This document shows positions 1 through 9,768 of a stretch of 64,000 nt of DNA, in pieces. Under the pieces are notes generated by a model, which worked only from the letters and a program-made list of their open reading frames with translations, did no database searches and was not told where the DNA came from. The position numbers and the translations under genes are program-made. Source of the stretch: a virus; the IMG/VR virus record IMGVR_UViG_3300030329_003436, positions 1-64,000 of that record. The stretch is one strand, 5' to 3'. Position 1 is the first letter of the stretch, and each line of letters starts with the position of its first letter.

Positions 1-72
1 TTCAGCGAATTGTATGATGACATGGACAAGGCCATAGACAAATTTTTTGAAATTAAAAAGAGATTGAGATGA
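1..72 (+). CDS. 3' end of an upstream hypothetical protein (partial)
   Basis: Frame 1 reads FSELYDDMDKAIDKFFEIKKRLR* and its TGA overlaps the next ATG (ATGA). Confidence 0.6.
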   Translation, partial: FSELYDDMDKAIDKFFEIKKRLR

Positions 73-752
73 ACTATAAAGACATAATTGTTTTCGACTT
101 TGAAACTGGGTCAAGAAACCCTCACAAAACACAACCAGTGCAGATTGCTGCCGTTGCTATACACGGTAGAAAGCTAACGATCCAACCCGGAGGTTATTTT
201 GAAAGCTTAATACGTCCAGAGCTGGATGATGAAAAGGCTATAGAGATGGGGGTTGATCCAATAGAAGACGAAGCACTTGCTGTCAACGGCAAGACAAGAG
301 AAGAACTGGCTAAAGCCCCTTCTGCCAAAACGGTATGGAAAAAGTTTGCTAACTTTGTAAACAAATACAACTGGAAAAAGACACCTTACTTTGCCCCTAT
401 ACCTGCTGGTTATAACATTATAGGGTTTGATCTTCCTATCGTTCAGAGGTTGTGCGAGCAGCACGGCCCTGTTGACAAAAAGACCGGAAAGCAGACCCTG
501 TTTAATAAAATCCACAAGATTGACATGTTGGATACCGTTTGGATGTGGATGGAAAACAATCCAGATATTAAATCCTTAAGCATGGATTCAATGAGAGACC
601 TGTTGGGTATGAGCAAAGAGAACGCTCACGATGCCATGCAAGATGTTAAAGACACGGCAAATCTAATGATTGCGTTTATGAAACTGCATCGTCGTATAGC
701 TCCCAAGGTAAAATTTGAAAAGGCGTTCGCAGATGGAAACATCCACCTTTGA
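69..752 (+). CDS. DEDDh 3'-5' exonuclease (DNA polymerase III epsilon/DnaQ-like)
   Basis: ExoI VFDFETG, ExoII GYNIIGFD, ExoIII AHDAMQD; adjacent to dnaE. Confidence 0.92.
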   Translation: MNYKDIIVFDFETGSRNPHKTQPVQIAAVAIHGRKLTIQPGGYFESLIRPELDDEKAIEMGVDPIEDEALAVNGKTREELAKAPSAKTVWKKFANFVNKYNWKKTPYFAPIPAGYNIIGFDLPIVQRLCEQHGPVDKKTGKQTLFNKIHKIDMLDTVWMWMENNPDIKSLSMDSMRDLLGMSKENAHDAMQDVKDTANLMIAFMKLHRRIAPKVKFEKAFADGNIHL

Positions 753-2307
753 TCCTATTGAAATAGACTTCAACAACCAAGATGCTTGGGACTTAATCTG
801 TGACGGAAAAACCAAGGGGGTTTTCCAGCTAGAAAGTAGTTTGGGTAGAGCTTGGTCAAAAAGAGTCAAACCAAGAAACATAGAAGACTTGGCCGCTCTT
901 GTTTCTATTATTAGACCCGGATGTCTTAAGGCGATTGTAGACGGAAAGTCTATGACGCAGCATTACGTAGACCGAAAAAACGGGTCAGAAGAAATAGTCT
1001 ATATTCACGACTCTCTTGAGCCAATACTTAAAAATACACAAGGGGTTTTGGTTTATCAAGAACAGTCTATGGAGATAGCCCAAAAGATAGCTGGATTCAA
1101 TCTCCAGCAAGCTGATGACTTAAGGAAGGCTATCGGTAAGAAAAAAGCCGATTTGATGGCCAAGATTAAAAAGAGGTTTGTACAAGGTGCCATAGATGCG
1201 GCCATTGTTTCTAAAGAAGCAGCAGAAGAGATATTCTCATGGATCGAGAAGTCCTCTCGTTACGCTTTTAATAAGTCCCATGCTGTTAGCTACGCTATTT
1301 GTGGTTATTGGAGCGCTTACGCTAAGTCTCATCATCCATTGGAGTTTTACTGTAACTACCTATATTACGCACATGGTAAGCCAGACCCTCAAGAAGAAAT
1401 AAGAGAGCTTGTACGTGACGCAAAGTCTGTCGGTGTTTCAATACACCCTCCTTCATTAAAAAGCCTTAATGAGACGACCAGTATAATAGATGAGAAAATT
1501 CACTTCGGACTTTCTGATCTGAAGACTATCGGCAAGAAACAGATAGATAAATTCAAAGATATTTTGCCAGAAGCCGAAAATTTAATCGGCAAAAAAATTC
1601 ACGAGATGTCTTGGTACGAGACGCTGGTTTCAATAGGAGATCTACTGTACTCCCCTTTGGCGATAGCCATGATATCCACGGGTATGTTTTCGCACACAAA
1701 ACTGTCTAGGCTGAAAATGCTAGACGACTTTGATACATGGCAAAAACTAACGTCGAAAGAGGTTGTCTGGATCAAAGAAAACTATAAGAACCATGACAAC
1801 ATTCTTGACCTCCTAAAAGCAGCGTCTCCTGTAAAGAAGGAAGGGGGAGCGGCTCATAACAGCAAAAGAACAGAGGTTATACTTGACTTGGTTCTGCATT
1901 TGGAAAACCCACCGTCCTCTCTTGAAGACGACCCTCGGTGGGTAATAGGTACAGAAGAAAACTATCTTGGGGTGGCGGTAACATACTCAAAGATAGAATC
2001 TAGTGACATCAGCATGTCTGACACCACCTGTAGAGATTGTCTAGAAGGCAAGAAAGGGAAGATGAAAATAGCTGTAACCCTCAACGCCATAAGAAAATGG
2101 ACAACAAAAGGCGGTAAAAACCCCGGCCAAGAAATGGCCTTTCTCTCAGTAGAAGATAACACCGGAGAGCTTGATAATGTGGCAATATTTAGCGAATCAT
2201 GGAAAGAATATAAAAATATACTATATGAGGGAAATAATGTCCTATTATTTTGTAATGCCTCTAAGAATAGGGACGGTTTTGTAGTCGATAAAGTTGTTGA
2301 GATTTGA
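733..2307 (+). CDS. dnaE: DNA polymerase III alpha, C-terminal half of a split DnaE (fingers, HhH, OB fold)
   Basis: Motifs GVFQLES, IRPG, VYQEQ, LRKAIGKK, YAFNKSHAVSY and a C-terminal OB fold (EMAFLSVED). No PHP domain or palm aspartates. ATG at 733 preferred over TTG at 715. Confidence 0.92.
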   Translation: METSTFDPIEIDFNNQDAWDLICDGKTKGVFQLESSLGRAWSKRVKPRNIEDLAALVSIIRPGCLKAIVDGKSMTQHYVDRKNGSEEIVYIHDSLEPILKNTQGVLVYQEQSMEIAQKIAGFNLQQADDLRKAIGKKKADLMAKIKKRFVQGAIDAAIVSKEAAEEIFSWIEKSSRYAFNKSHAVSYAICGYWSAYAKSHHPLEFYCNYLYYAHGKPDPQEEIRELVRDAKSVGVSIHPPSLKSLNETTSIIDEKIHFGLSDLKTIGKKQIDKFKDILPEAENLIGKKIHEMSWYETLVSIGDLLYSPLAIAMISTGMFSHTKLSRLKMLDDFDTWQKLTSKEVVWIKENYKNHDNILDLLKAASPVKKEGGAAHNSKRTEVILDLVLHLENPPSSLEDDPRWVIGTEENYLGVAVTYSKIESSDISMSDTTCRDCLEGKKGKMKIAVTLNAIRKWTTKGGKNPGQEMAFLSVEDNTGELDNVAIFSESWKEYKNILYEGNNVLLFCNASKNRDGFVVDKVVEI

Positions 2308-2336
2308 TTGCAAAACATTGACTCTTTATGTATATT
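2308..2336 (+). promoter_or_regulatory. Sigma70-type promoter upstream of the ssb-sigma-glycan operon
   Basis: TTGCAA (2308-2313), 17-nt spacer, TATATT (2331-2336), in the intergenic gap. Confidence 0.6.
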
Positions 2337-2378
2337 AGATGTAGGAACTTTACAACACCCTGCACTGAAGGATCACGG

Positions 2379-2753
2379 ATGTCTGCCAGCTCAATTTCCA
2401 ACTACTGTCGTTTTATCGGCAGGCTTGTAAGAGACCCGAAACTCATAAAACTAGAAAATACCGAGCTTGTTACCTTTACCCTTGCAATAACAGAGTATCG
2501 CAAAGAAAAAGGTGGCGAAAAGAAGAAGACAACAAATTACTTTGATTTTGAAGCTTGGGATAGCGGAGCCTCTACCATCAATAGGTATTGCAAGCAGGGA
2601 GATATTGTAGATGTTGTAACCTCCGCAAGGAATAATCAATGGACAGACAAGGAAGGCAAACAGAAGTTTTCGACTCGTTTTAGGGTTAAAGAATTCAAGC
2701 TCTTCAACCCACCCCCGTCAGATAGAGAAAATTCTCAACAAGAAGATGAGTGA
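2379..2753 (+). CDS. ssb: Single-stranded DNA-binding protein
   Basis: N..FIGRLVRDP, FTLAI, FDFEAW, CKQGD, W.DKEG; AAGGA SD before ATG 2379. Confidence 0.9.
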   Translation: MSASSISNYCRFIGRLVRDPKLIKLENTELVTFTLAITEYRKEKGGEKKKTTNYFDFEAWDSGASTINRYCKQGDIVDVVTSARNNQWTDKEGKQKFSTRFRVKEFKLFNPPPSDRENSQQEDE

Positions 2754-3261
2754 TGAATTAGACAGAGTAACTCAAAAAAATCAAGAAGAGCTTGAAGAAC
2801 AACTGATCCGTAATAATTACGGGCTGGTAGTTTCTCAAGCTCTTTTATTTTTTAAAGACACGTCAAAACACTATACACTAGAAGATTGTATTCAGGTTGG
2901 CTTAGTAGGGTTATTAAAATCTATAAGAAAACATGATCCTAAAAAGTCTAAGTTTCCAGTGTACGCAACGGTGTGTATAAAAAATGCAATATCCAGCTTT
3001 GTAAAAAAACATAGTAAAAAGAACAAGGTTGTGTTTGATACAAAAGCACTTAATAGCTCATTAAATGGCAGACACTATCTTGACAAAGATAATATTGCAA
3101 GCTATCTGACTAAACTGAATGAGCAGGAATTGTTCATAATAACCAAGAAGATGGAAAACTACACTAACTCTGAGATATGCGAGATACTGTCTTGCACTAG
3201 AAACGCCTTAAAGAATAAAATTACAGATATAATTAATAAGCTTGAAGAACATAACAAATGA
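2746..3261 (+). CDS. Phage-encoded sigma70-family sigma factor (region 2 plus degenerate region 4)
   Basis: NYGLVVS, EDCIQVGLVGLLKSIRKHDP..SKFPVYATVCIKNAI; C-terminal HTH YTNSEICEIL. Confidence 0.85.
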   Translation: MSDELDRVTQKNQEELEEQLIRNNYGLVVSQALLFFKDTSKHYTLEDCIQVGLVGLLKSIRKHDPKKSKFPVYATVCIKNAISSFVKKHSKKNKVVFDTKALNSSLNGRHYLDKDNIASYLTKLNEQELFIITKKMENYTNSEICEILSCTRNALKNKITDIINKLEEHNK

Positions 3262-4895
3262 GAAAAAAGAGAGTTCTATTCTGCTCAGAGGCTACCTACT
3301 TAAACACTGGCTATGCAACATACGCCAGAGAGGTTTTAAGCAGGCTACATGCTTCTGGAAAATATGAAATTGCTGAATTTGCTAGCTATGGAAAAGATGG
3401 CGACCCTCGCAATAATGACATTCTGTGGAAATTCTACCCCAACCAGCCTCATGATAGTGATTTAGCAGGCAACCAAGAATACGCTTCAGTTCCAACCAAT
3501 CAGTTTGGAGAATGGAGATTTGAAAACGTTCTTTTGGATTTTCAGCCAGATTTCGTTTGTGACATAAGAGATTTCTGGATGATAGATTACCAAGAAAGGT
3601 CTCCTTTTAGACGGTTGTTCAATTGGGTTATAATGCCAACCGTAGACGCCTCACCACAAAACGAACAGTGGATAGCTACGTATTCTAATGCAGATGCCGT
3701 TTTTAGTTATTCGGACTGGGGAGGTTCGGTATTAAAGAATGAGTCCAATGGCAAGGTCAATTACTTAGGCACTGCATCTCCTTCTGCTCACGCTATCTAT
3801 AGTCCAGTTGAAGACAAGCAAGCCCATAAAGAAAGAATGGGGTTCGACGCAGACACTCTTATACTTGGAACAGTGATGCGCAATCAAAGAAGAAAGCTGT
3901 TCCCAGACCTGTTTGAAGCCTTTAGAAAATTCTTAGATATGTACGACAAGAACGACGTGTTTTTGTATTGTCATACTAGTTATCCAGATTTGGGATGGGA
4001 TCTGCCTAAGCTGATAAATCGTTACGGGCTATCAAGCAAAATCCTAGTGACATATTCTTGCCCACAATGCAATTACGCCTTTCCTATGTATTTTTGTGAC
4101 GCCAAAACAAAATGCCCTCGCTGCGGAGGAAAGTCTGCTGGCCTATCCAACGTACAAAATGGTGTTGAATATGATTTTCTATCTGAAATATTTAATACCT
4201 TTGATTTGTATATACAGTATGCAAACAGTGAGGGTTTTGGGATGCCGCAGGTTGAAGCCGCCGCCTGTGGAGTACCTGTTGCTAGCGTAGATTACTCGGC
4301 AATGAGTAGCGTAGTGAGAAAGCTTGAGGGCTACCCAATCAAACCCCAAGCCCTATATAACGAACTAGAAACCGGCTGCAATAGAGCAGTTCCAAATAAC
4401 GATGCAGCCGCCAAGGTTATATATGATTTTTTCAATTTGTCTGAAGAAGAACGAAAAGAAAAAAGCAAGCAAACAAGGTCTGCTTTTGAAAAGCACTACC
4501 AGTGGGATGCGACCGCCAAGATGTGGTCTGATTATTTTGACTCTGTAGAAATTAGACCTCGTGAAGAAACATGGCTATCACCACCAAGAATACATAAGTT
4601 TCCTAGAGACGTTCCCGAACATCTTGACACTAGACAATTAGCCCAGTGGCTCATAGTCAACGTCCTTGGCGAACCAGAACGATTGAACTCTTATTTTGAA
4701 TCTAGATTAATGAGAGATCTTAACTGGGGTATACACATCCAAGGAACTGGAGAAATGTATCTGAACGAAGATTCTTATGCTTTTGTAAAACCGGACTATC
4801 AAAAATTTACAATTGAAGAGGCTTTCAATATGATGGCTGGTCTTTGTGCTAGAAGAAATGAATGGGAAAAAACAAGGGTGGAAATTGTAAGATGA
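3258..4895 (+). CDS. GT-B glycosyltransferase (GT4-like) with Zn-ribbon insertion
   Basis: TGYA N-terminal motif, RNQRRK, SEGFGMPQVEAAACG; CPQC...CPRC insert. Confidence 0.88.
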   Translation: MRKKRVLFCSEATYLNTGYATYAREVLSRLHASGKYEIAEFASYGKDGDPRNNDILWKFYPNQPHDSDLAGNQEYASVPTNQFGEWRFENVLLDFQPDFVCDIRDFWMIDYQERSPFRRLFNWVIMPTVDASPQNEQWIATYSNADAVFSYSDWGGSVLKNESNGKVNYLGTASPSAHAIYSPVEDKQAHKERMGFDADTLILGTVMRNQRRKLFPDLFEAFRKFLDMYDKNDVFLYCHTSYPDLGWDLPKLINRYGLSSKILVTYSCPQCNYAFPMYFCDAKTKCPRCGGKSAGLSNVQNGVEYDFLSEIFNTFDLYIQYANSEGFGMPQVEAAACGVPVASVDYSAMSSVVRKLEGYPIKPQALYNELETGCNRAVPNNDAAAKVIYDFFNLSEEERKEKSKQTRSAFEKHYQWDATAKMWSDYFDSVEIRPREETWLSPPRIHKFPRDVPEHLDTRQLAQWLIVNVLGEPERLNSYFESRLMRDLNWGIHIQGTGEMYLNEDSYAFVKPDYQKFTIEEAFNMMAGLCARRNEWEKTRVEIVR

Positions 4896-6016
4896 AGGTT
4901 TTATACATAGGTCATTATAGAGAAGGTACGGGCTGGGGAAGAGCCGCTATAGACTACATACTGTCTATGGATGCCGCTGGCATCGAGGTTGTGCCTAGAG
5001 CCGTAAAACTTAACGACAGACAGCCGGAACTTCCTCGAAGGCTGTTGGAGTTAGAAAATCAGGAATCTTCCGGGTGCGATGTTTGCATACAGCATGTTCT
5101 TCCTCACTTAATGGATTTTCACCCAAAGTTCAAAAAGAACATAGCCTTGTATGCTACCGAAACAAGTAATTTCAAATATTCAACTTGGCCTAGAAAAATA
5201 AACCTGATGGACGAGGCTTGGGTTATCAATAATCAAATGGTTGAAGCTTCTGTTAATAGCGGGATCACAGTGCCTATAAAGGTAATTCCGCACGCGACAG
5301 ACTTTGAGAAATTTACACAGAGACATAAAAAGCTTGACCTTCCAATACCAGACGACAACTTTATATTTTATACGGTTGGCGAATTCAACAAGAGGAAAAA
5401 CTTAAGAGCTTTTGTTACGGCTTTTCATTTAGAGTTTGAGAGAAATGAACCGGTTTCAATTTTAATAAAGACAAACAAGGCTGGTCTAAGCGCAGACCAA
5501 TGCGCCGAACAAGTTCAGAGTCTTTGTAACGAAATTAAACAAGGGTTAAAACTGTACCCATCTTCCAATGACTACAAAGAGGATTTTATAATAACTGACT
5601 ATTTGTCCGAAAAAGATATAGAAAGGGTTCATCAGTCTTGTGACTGTTTTGTTATGCCAAGCCATGGGGAAGCATGGTGCATCCCTGCGTTTGACGCGAT
5701 GGGGTTTGGAAACACTCCTATATGCACTAATACTGGCGGTATGGCCGATTTTTTGCGGAAAAGCGCCAACATAGGAGCGGGCGGTGTTTTGGTGGATGCA
5801 AGATTAGAACCCGTCACAGGAGCATTAGATACGCTATCTGATATCTTCACAGGTAAGGAAGAGTGGGCGTCTATTGATATACAAAAACTTAGAAAAGCCA
5901 TGAGAGACATGTACGAGTCTGACAGAACAGACATGAAAACTCACGGTCTGGAACGAGCTATGAAATATTCCCATAGGGAGATTGGCAATGTAATAAAAGA
6001 GGCACTAAATGCTTAG
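4892..6016 (+). CDS. GT4-like glycosyltransferase
   Basis: TGWG, RKN, FVMPSHGEAWCIPAFDAMGFG; ATGA coupling to previous gene. Confidence 0.88.
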   Translation: MKVLYIGHYREGTGWGRAAIDYILSMDAAGIEVVPRAVKLNDRQPELPRRLLELENQESSGCDVCIQHVLPHLMDFHPKFKKNIALYATETSNFKYSTWPRKINLMDEAWVINNQMVEASVNSGITVPIKVIPHATDFEKFTQRHKKLDLPIPDDNFIFYTVGEFNKRKNLRAFVTAFHLEFERNEPVSILIKTNKAGLSADQCAEQVQSLCNEIKQGLKLYPSSNDYKEDFIITDYLSEKDIERVHQSCDCFVMPSHGEAWCIPAFDAMGFGNTPICTNTGGMADFLRKSANIGAGGVLVDARLEPVTGALDTLSDIFTGKEEWASIDIQKLRKAMRDMYESDRTDMKTHGLERAMKYSHREIGNVIKEALNA

Positions 6017-7019
6017 TCCGGTATCCTCCATAACCAGAGCGTCTGCTAGAAAAATAAATGACCCTCTGAATATACTGACCTTTCCTACACACGAAAGGTA
6101 CGAAACGCTTTTATGTAAAACGGGGCATAATTTCTATGCCTATAGAGCAGAAGGTATAAAAGATTGGAATACGAACAATGCCGCTATTCCAGAAAACTAT
6201 ACTCTTTTAGATCCCACGCTGGGAGATAAACAAATACCGGCCTATCTGGATTTTGATCTAGTTTTGTCTCAAAACAAGTTTGGTCAATTCCAACTGGCCG
6301 AACCAATAGCGAAACGGTTTCATCTTCCTTTGGTTAGTCTTGAGCATACGCTTCCAGTCCCCTATTGGCCTCCCGAAGTTTTAGAGCAAACCAGAACAAT
6401 GCAGGGTGACATCAACGTATTCATTTCAAAATATAGTATTGGCGCTTGGGGGTGGGATGCGCCAAATACTAGTGTCATTACTCATGGGGTAGATACAACA
6501 TTATTTAAGCCAGCAGAAAAAGAAAGAGAGAACCATGCTCTGTCAGTGGTAAATGATTGGATCAACAGGGATTGGTGCTGCGGTTTTAACATATGGCAAA
6601 ACGTATCAAAAAAATATCCAACAAGAGTGATAGGCGACACGCCGGGATTATCGAAACCAGCATCCAGTATAGAGGAATTGGTGGATGCCTACCAAACCAG
6701 TAGAATATTTCTGAACACTTCTACAATATCACCTATTCCAACTTCTTTACTTGAAGCTATGGCTTGCGGATGTGCTGTTGTGTCTACAGCTACCTGTATG
6801 ATACCAGAAGTAGTAGAGCATGGAGTTAACGGCTTTTTAGGGGAGACGGAAGAAGAATTAGAAGAATATTTAGTAGAACTTCTGAATGATGAGGATTTGG
6901 CCACGAAATTAGGAAATGAGGCTAGAAAGACTATAGAAAGCAGATTTTCAGAAGATCAATTTGTTGGCAGATGGGAACATCTGCTTTATGAAGCGTCAAA
7001 AGTATGTTTTAGAGGTTAA
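6009..7019 (+). CDS. GT4-like glycosyltransferase
   Basis: HGVDTTLF, FLNTS...SLLEAMACG, EVVEHGVNGFL. Confidence 0.88.
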   Translation: MLSPVSSITRASARKINDPLNILTFPTHERYETLLCKTGHNFYAYRAEGIKDWNTNNAAIPENYTLLDPTLGDKQIPAYLDFDLVLSQNKFGQFQLAEPIAKRFHLPLVSLEHTLPVPYWPPEVLEQTRTMQGDINVFISKYSIGAWGWDAPNTSVITHGVDTTLFKPAEKERENHALSVVNDWINRDWCCGFNIWQNVSKKYPTRVIGDTPGLSKPASSIEELVDAYQTSRIFLNTSTISPIPTSLLEAMACGCAVVSTATCMIPEVVEHGVNGFLGETEEELEEYLVELLNDEDLATKLGNEARKTIESRFSEDQFVGRWEHLLYEASKVCFRG

Positions 7020-7020
7020 G

Positions 7021-7485
7021 ATGAAAGTAAGCATAACTGTAGGTTCACCGTTCCGAAAAAATGGTTATCTAAATATAGACCCTATAACAAAACCGGATGG
7101 TCTAGATGTAGACATTAGAAATTTAGATGACGTAGTAGACGACGCAGAGTGTACCGAATTTATAGCCGAAGATGTTCTCGATTACCTTGAAAGCTCTGAA
7201 GCTGATAAGGTATTAAATCACTGGATAGGCAAGCTTAGAAGAGGTGGTAAGATTGTGATAGGAGGCACGGACGCATACGAAGCCTCTAAAATGTTTTATC
7301 AGCAAAAAATTGATTTAGAAGAGTTTAACAAATTAGTTCACGGGGCATTTTCTCAGCCGTGGGATGTAAGGTTACACAATGTAACGTTAGAATACATGCA
7401 ATCAAAGCTAGAAAATGCGGGATTAAAAGTAACAAAAAAAAGACTTGATGGTTATCGGATAGTCATAGAAGGAGAAAGAGAGTGA
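7021..7485 (+). CDS. Small class I SAM methyltransferase-like protein (degenerate motif I)
   Basis: ITVGS..KNGYLNID, DIRNL, EDVLDYL, W..KLRRGGKIVI pattern, as in glycan-cluster methyltransferases. Confidence 0.65.
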   Translation: MKVSITVGSPFRKNGYLNIDPITKPDGLDVDIRNLDDVVDDAECTEFIAEDVLDYLESSEADKVLNHWIGKLRRGGKIVIGGTDAYEASKMFYQQKIDLEEFNKLVHGAFSQPWDVRLHNVTLEYMQSKLENAGLKVTKKRLDGYRIVIEGERE

Positions 7486-8291
7486 CATTTCAACAAAACC
7501 AGCCGCAGGGCTTGACAACATCATGTAAAGACTGTGTATTCTCAGAAAAAGAAGAAAAAACACAAACCGGATGCTCTCTTAATAGAATTGAAAAATTCAA
7601 AGATAGGGGTGTGTTTGTTGTAGAAGCAGAAGATCTCGAAGAAAACGAATTCTATGTCATCGAATCTTGGTGCGCAGCATATAGAGAAGAGCCATGGAAA
7701 GAGGGTGTGGACGATATCCACACCAAGGTTAGAGAAGAATACCAAGTAAGAGTTGGCTATCTTGTCATTGCAGACGAGGAGTCCGCGACTGACTACTCTA
7801 GTAAACTGCAAAAAACCCTAGATTCTATTTTGGCTCAATCTATTTCGCCCAGCTACATGCTTATGATTAACAAAATTCCAGACGAGCATGTAAATATTAT
7901 ACAATCTACGGTAACAGTAATGGATGGCGTAGATTTTGAATATAAAATTACCTCTATGTATGAAAAAGGCGCAACAGACGATGAAGCCATAGACGAAGTT
8001 TTTAATAAGGTTAAAAACGGATTTTACATGGTGGTCAAGGTCGGTCATGAATTGAGACCAGATCTTACGAAAAAATTAAATCAGTCCATAAATGAAGAAC
8101 TTCATAAAGTTGCTTACATAGATGGCTACGACGGCGTTAATGGAAGAACTGCTCAGGCAGCTATACATAAACACTTAAACGGTAATGTTGTTAAACCGTT
8201 AAAAGAAAAACTGAAAGAAGTCTCCAGTTTTGAAGAAAAGTCTAGCCTCACCTATACATGGGAAGACATTGACCAGCTATGCATAGAGTAA
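7482..8291 (+). CDS. Hypothetical protein: N-terminal Cys cluster plus degenerate GT-A-like region
   Basis: CKDC..C..C at the N-terminus; LQKTLDSILAQ resembles a GT2 N-terminus, but there is no DxD. Confidence 0.5.
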   Translation: MTFQQNQPQGLTTSCKDCVFSEKEEKTQTGCSLNRIEKFKDRGVFVVEAEDLEENEFYVIESWCAAYREEPWKEGVDDIHTKVREEYQVRVGYLVIADEESATDYSSKLQKTLDSILAQSISPSYMLMINKIPDEHVNIIQSTVTVMDGVDFEYKITSMYEKGATDDEAIDEVFNKVKNGFYMVVKVGHELRPDLTKKLNQSINEELHKVAYIDGYDGVNGRTAQAAIHKHLNGNVVKPLKEKLKEVSSFEEKSSLTYTWEDIDQLCIE

Positions 8292-9055
8292 CAATCCTTA
8301 TAGCCTGCTATAACGACGAAGACTATATAGATAGTGCCATAGAAAGTGCCTTTAACCAAGATTACCAAGGCCCAATGACTATTTGTGTTATTGATGATGG
8401 TTCTACAGACAGGTCTCTGGAGATAGCCAAAGGCTATTTTAGCAAACCGCTTTCTGACAGCTACCGTGATAATGAAGTATGGTTTCAGGAAGACAGGGGA
8501 AGGTTTGGAAACACCAAATATGTTGTAATGACAAAGCCCAATGGTGGCCCCAGCGATGCAAGAAACTGGGGTATAGGCTATGCTTGGCCTCATACAGATA
8601 TCTATGCAGTACTCGACGCAGACGACCAGATGTACGAGAACAAAATATCTACATGTGAAAAAGTTATGTCTGAAGATATGGAAACGGTAGGAGTGGTATA
8701 TGCTGATTATGATACACACCATATCGACACAGACAAAATAATAAGAGAATTTAAAGAACCTTACAGCAGAAAAAGGCTAATAGAAGAATGCGTTGTTCAT
8801 AGCGGTTCTTTAATCAACAAAAAGGCTCTTGACAACACGCATGAAGACACGGGGTACTATGATTTTACCATGAGAACTTGCGAGGACTACGATCTGTGGA
8901 TGAGAATAAGTGAGAAGTTTATGCTGGTTCATGTTCCTCAGTCGCTAACGCTTGTTCGGGTAACTGGAGACAATTCCAGTTTTGTAGTTAATCAAGAAGT
9001 CTGGCAAAGAAACTGGTCTAGAGTAATGGAAAAAATGCAAGACAGGCTTCAATGA
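8279..9055 (+). CDS. GT2 glycosyltransferase
   Basis: ILIACYN, DDGSTD, NGGPSDARN, LDADD, EDYDLW. Confidence 0.93.
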   Translation: MHRVTILIACYNDEDYIDSAIESAFNQDYQGPMTICVIDDGSTDRSLEIAKGYFSKPLSDSYRDNEVWFQEDRGRFGNTKYVVMTKPNGGPSDARNWGIGYAWPHTDIYAVLDADDQMYENKISTCEKVMSEDMETVGVVYADYDTHHIDTDKIIREFKEPYSRKRLIEECVVHSGSLINKKALDNTHEDTGYYDFTMRTCEDYDLWMRISEKFMLVHVPQSLTLVRVTGDNSSFVVNQEVWQRNWSRVMEKMQDRLQ

Positions 9056-9768
9056 TAGTAAAAAATAGATTTGTAACTACAGCCCAGAAGAAGCTTTCTC
9101 CGGGTCAGGCTCAGGAAAGCCCTCTTACTGTAATCATCCCTATAGCGGGAGTTGGTCACAGAATGAAGTCTTATGGGCCTAAATGCCTTCTCCCGGCAAA
9201 CAAAAAAGAAAGCATAATACAAAAAAGCATATCTACAGTAAAAAAAGTTTTTCCATATGCAGAGATCATAGTGGTTGTTGGCTTTGAGGCCGACAAAGTA
9301 ATCAAATGCATACCGGAAGACGTTAGAATAGTAGAGAACCAATTTTATGAAACTACCAATGTGGTAGAAAGTTTGAGACTAGCATTAAACTGCTCAATCA
9401 ACACAAACATTTTAATATTGTATGGCGACTTAATTTATAACACACACACCATAAGCGATATATCAAAAGATGAATCCTGCATCGTTATAGACTCAAAAAA
9501 TCGTTTCAAGGCAGAAGAAGTTGGTGTAACGGTAGTCGAAGGATCTGTTACCAATTTTGCATACGGACTTCCAACTAAATGGTCTCACATTATATACATG
9601 GCCGAAAGAGAGTCTAGATTTTTTAAGAAGCTTTGTGGTGACAGAAAAAGAAACAAGATGTACCCCTTTGAGATATTTAATTATATGATATCCAAGGGGT
9701 TTAGTTTTAAAGCAGTAGAACCTAGCGGAATGAATATCCGAGAAATAGATTCTATGAAAGATTTGTAG
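9052..9768 (+). CDS. LicC-like nucleotidyltransferase (cytidylyltransferase-like)
   Basis: IAGVGHRM...PKCLL, YGDL, C-terminal EID..DL. Confidence 0.8.
   Translation: MIVKNRFVTTAQKKLSPGQAQESPLTVIIPIAGVGHRMKSYGPKCLLPANKKESIIQKSISTVKKVFPYAEIIVVVGFEADKVIKCIPEDVRIVENQFYETTNVVESLRLALNCSINTNILILYGDLIYNTHTISDISKDESCIVIDSKNRFKAEEVGVTVVEGSVTNFAYGLPTKWSHIIYMAERESRFFKKLCGDRKRNKMYPFEIFNYMISKGFSFKAVEPSGMNIREIDSMKDL

Noticed and set aside
700-752. Programmed frameshift fusing the exonuclease to the DnaE half
   Set aside because: DnaE is in the +1 frame, the A/T run would suit only a -1 slip, and a usable ATG exists at 733.
733-2307. Split intein in DnaE
   Set aside because: No intein N- or C-terminal motifs are visible and the usual insertion site is uninterrupted.
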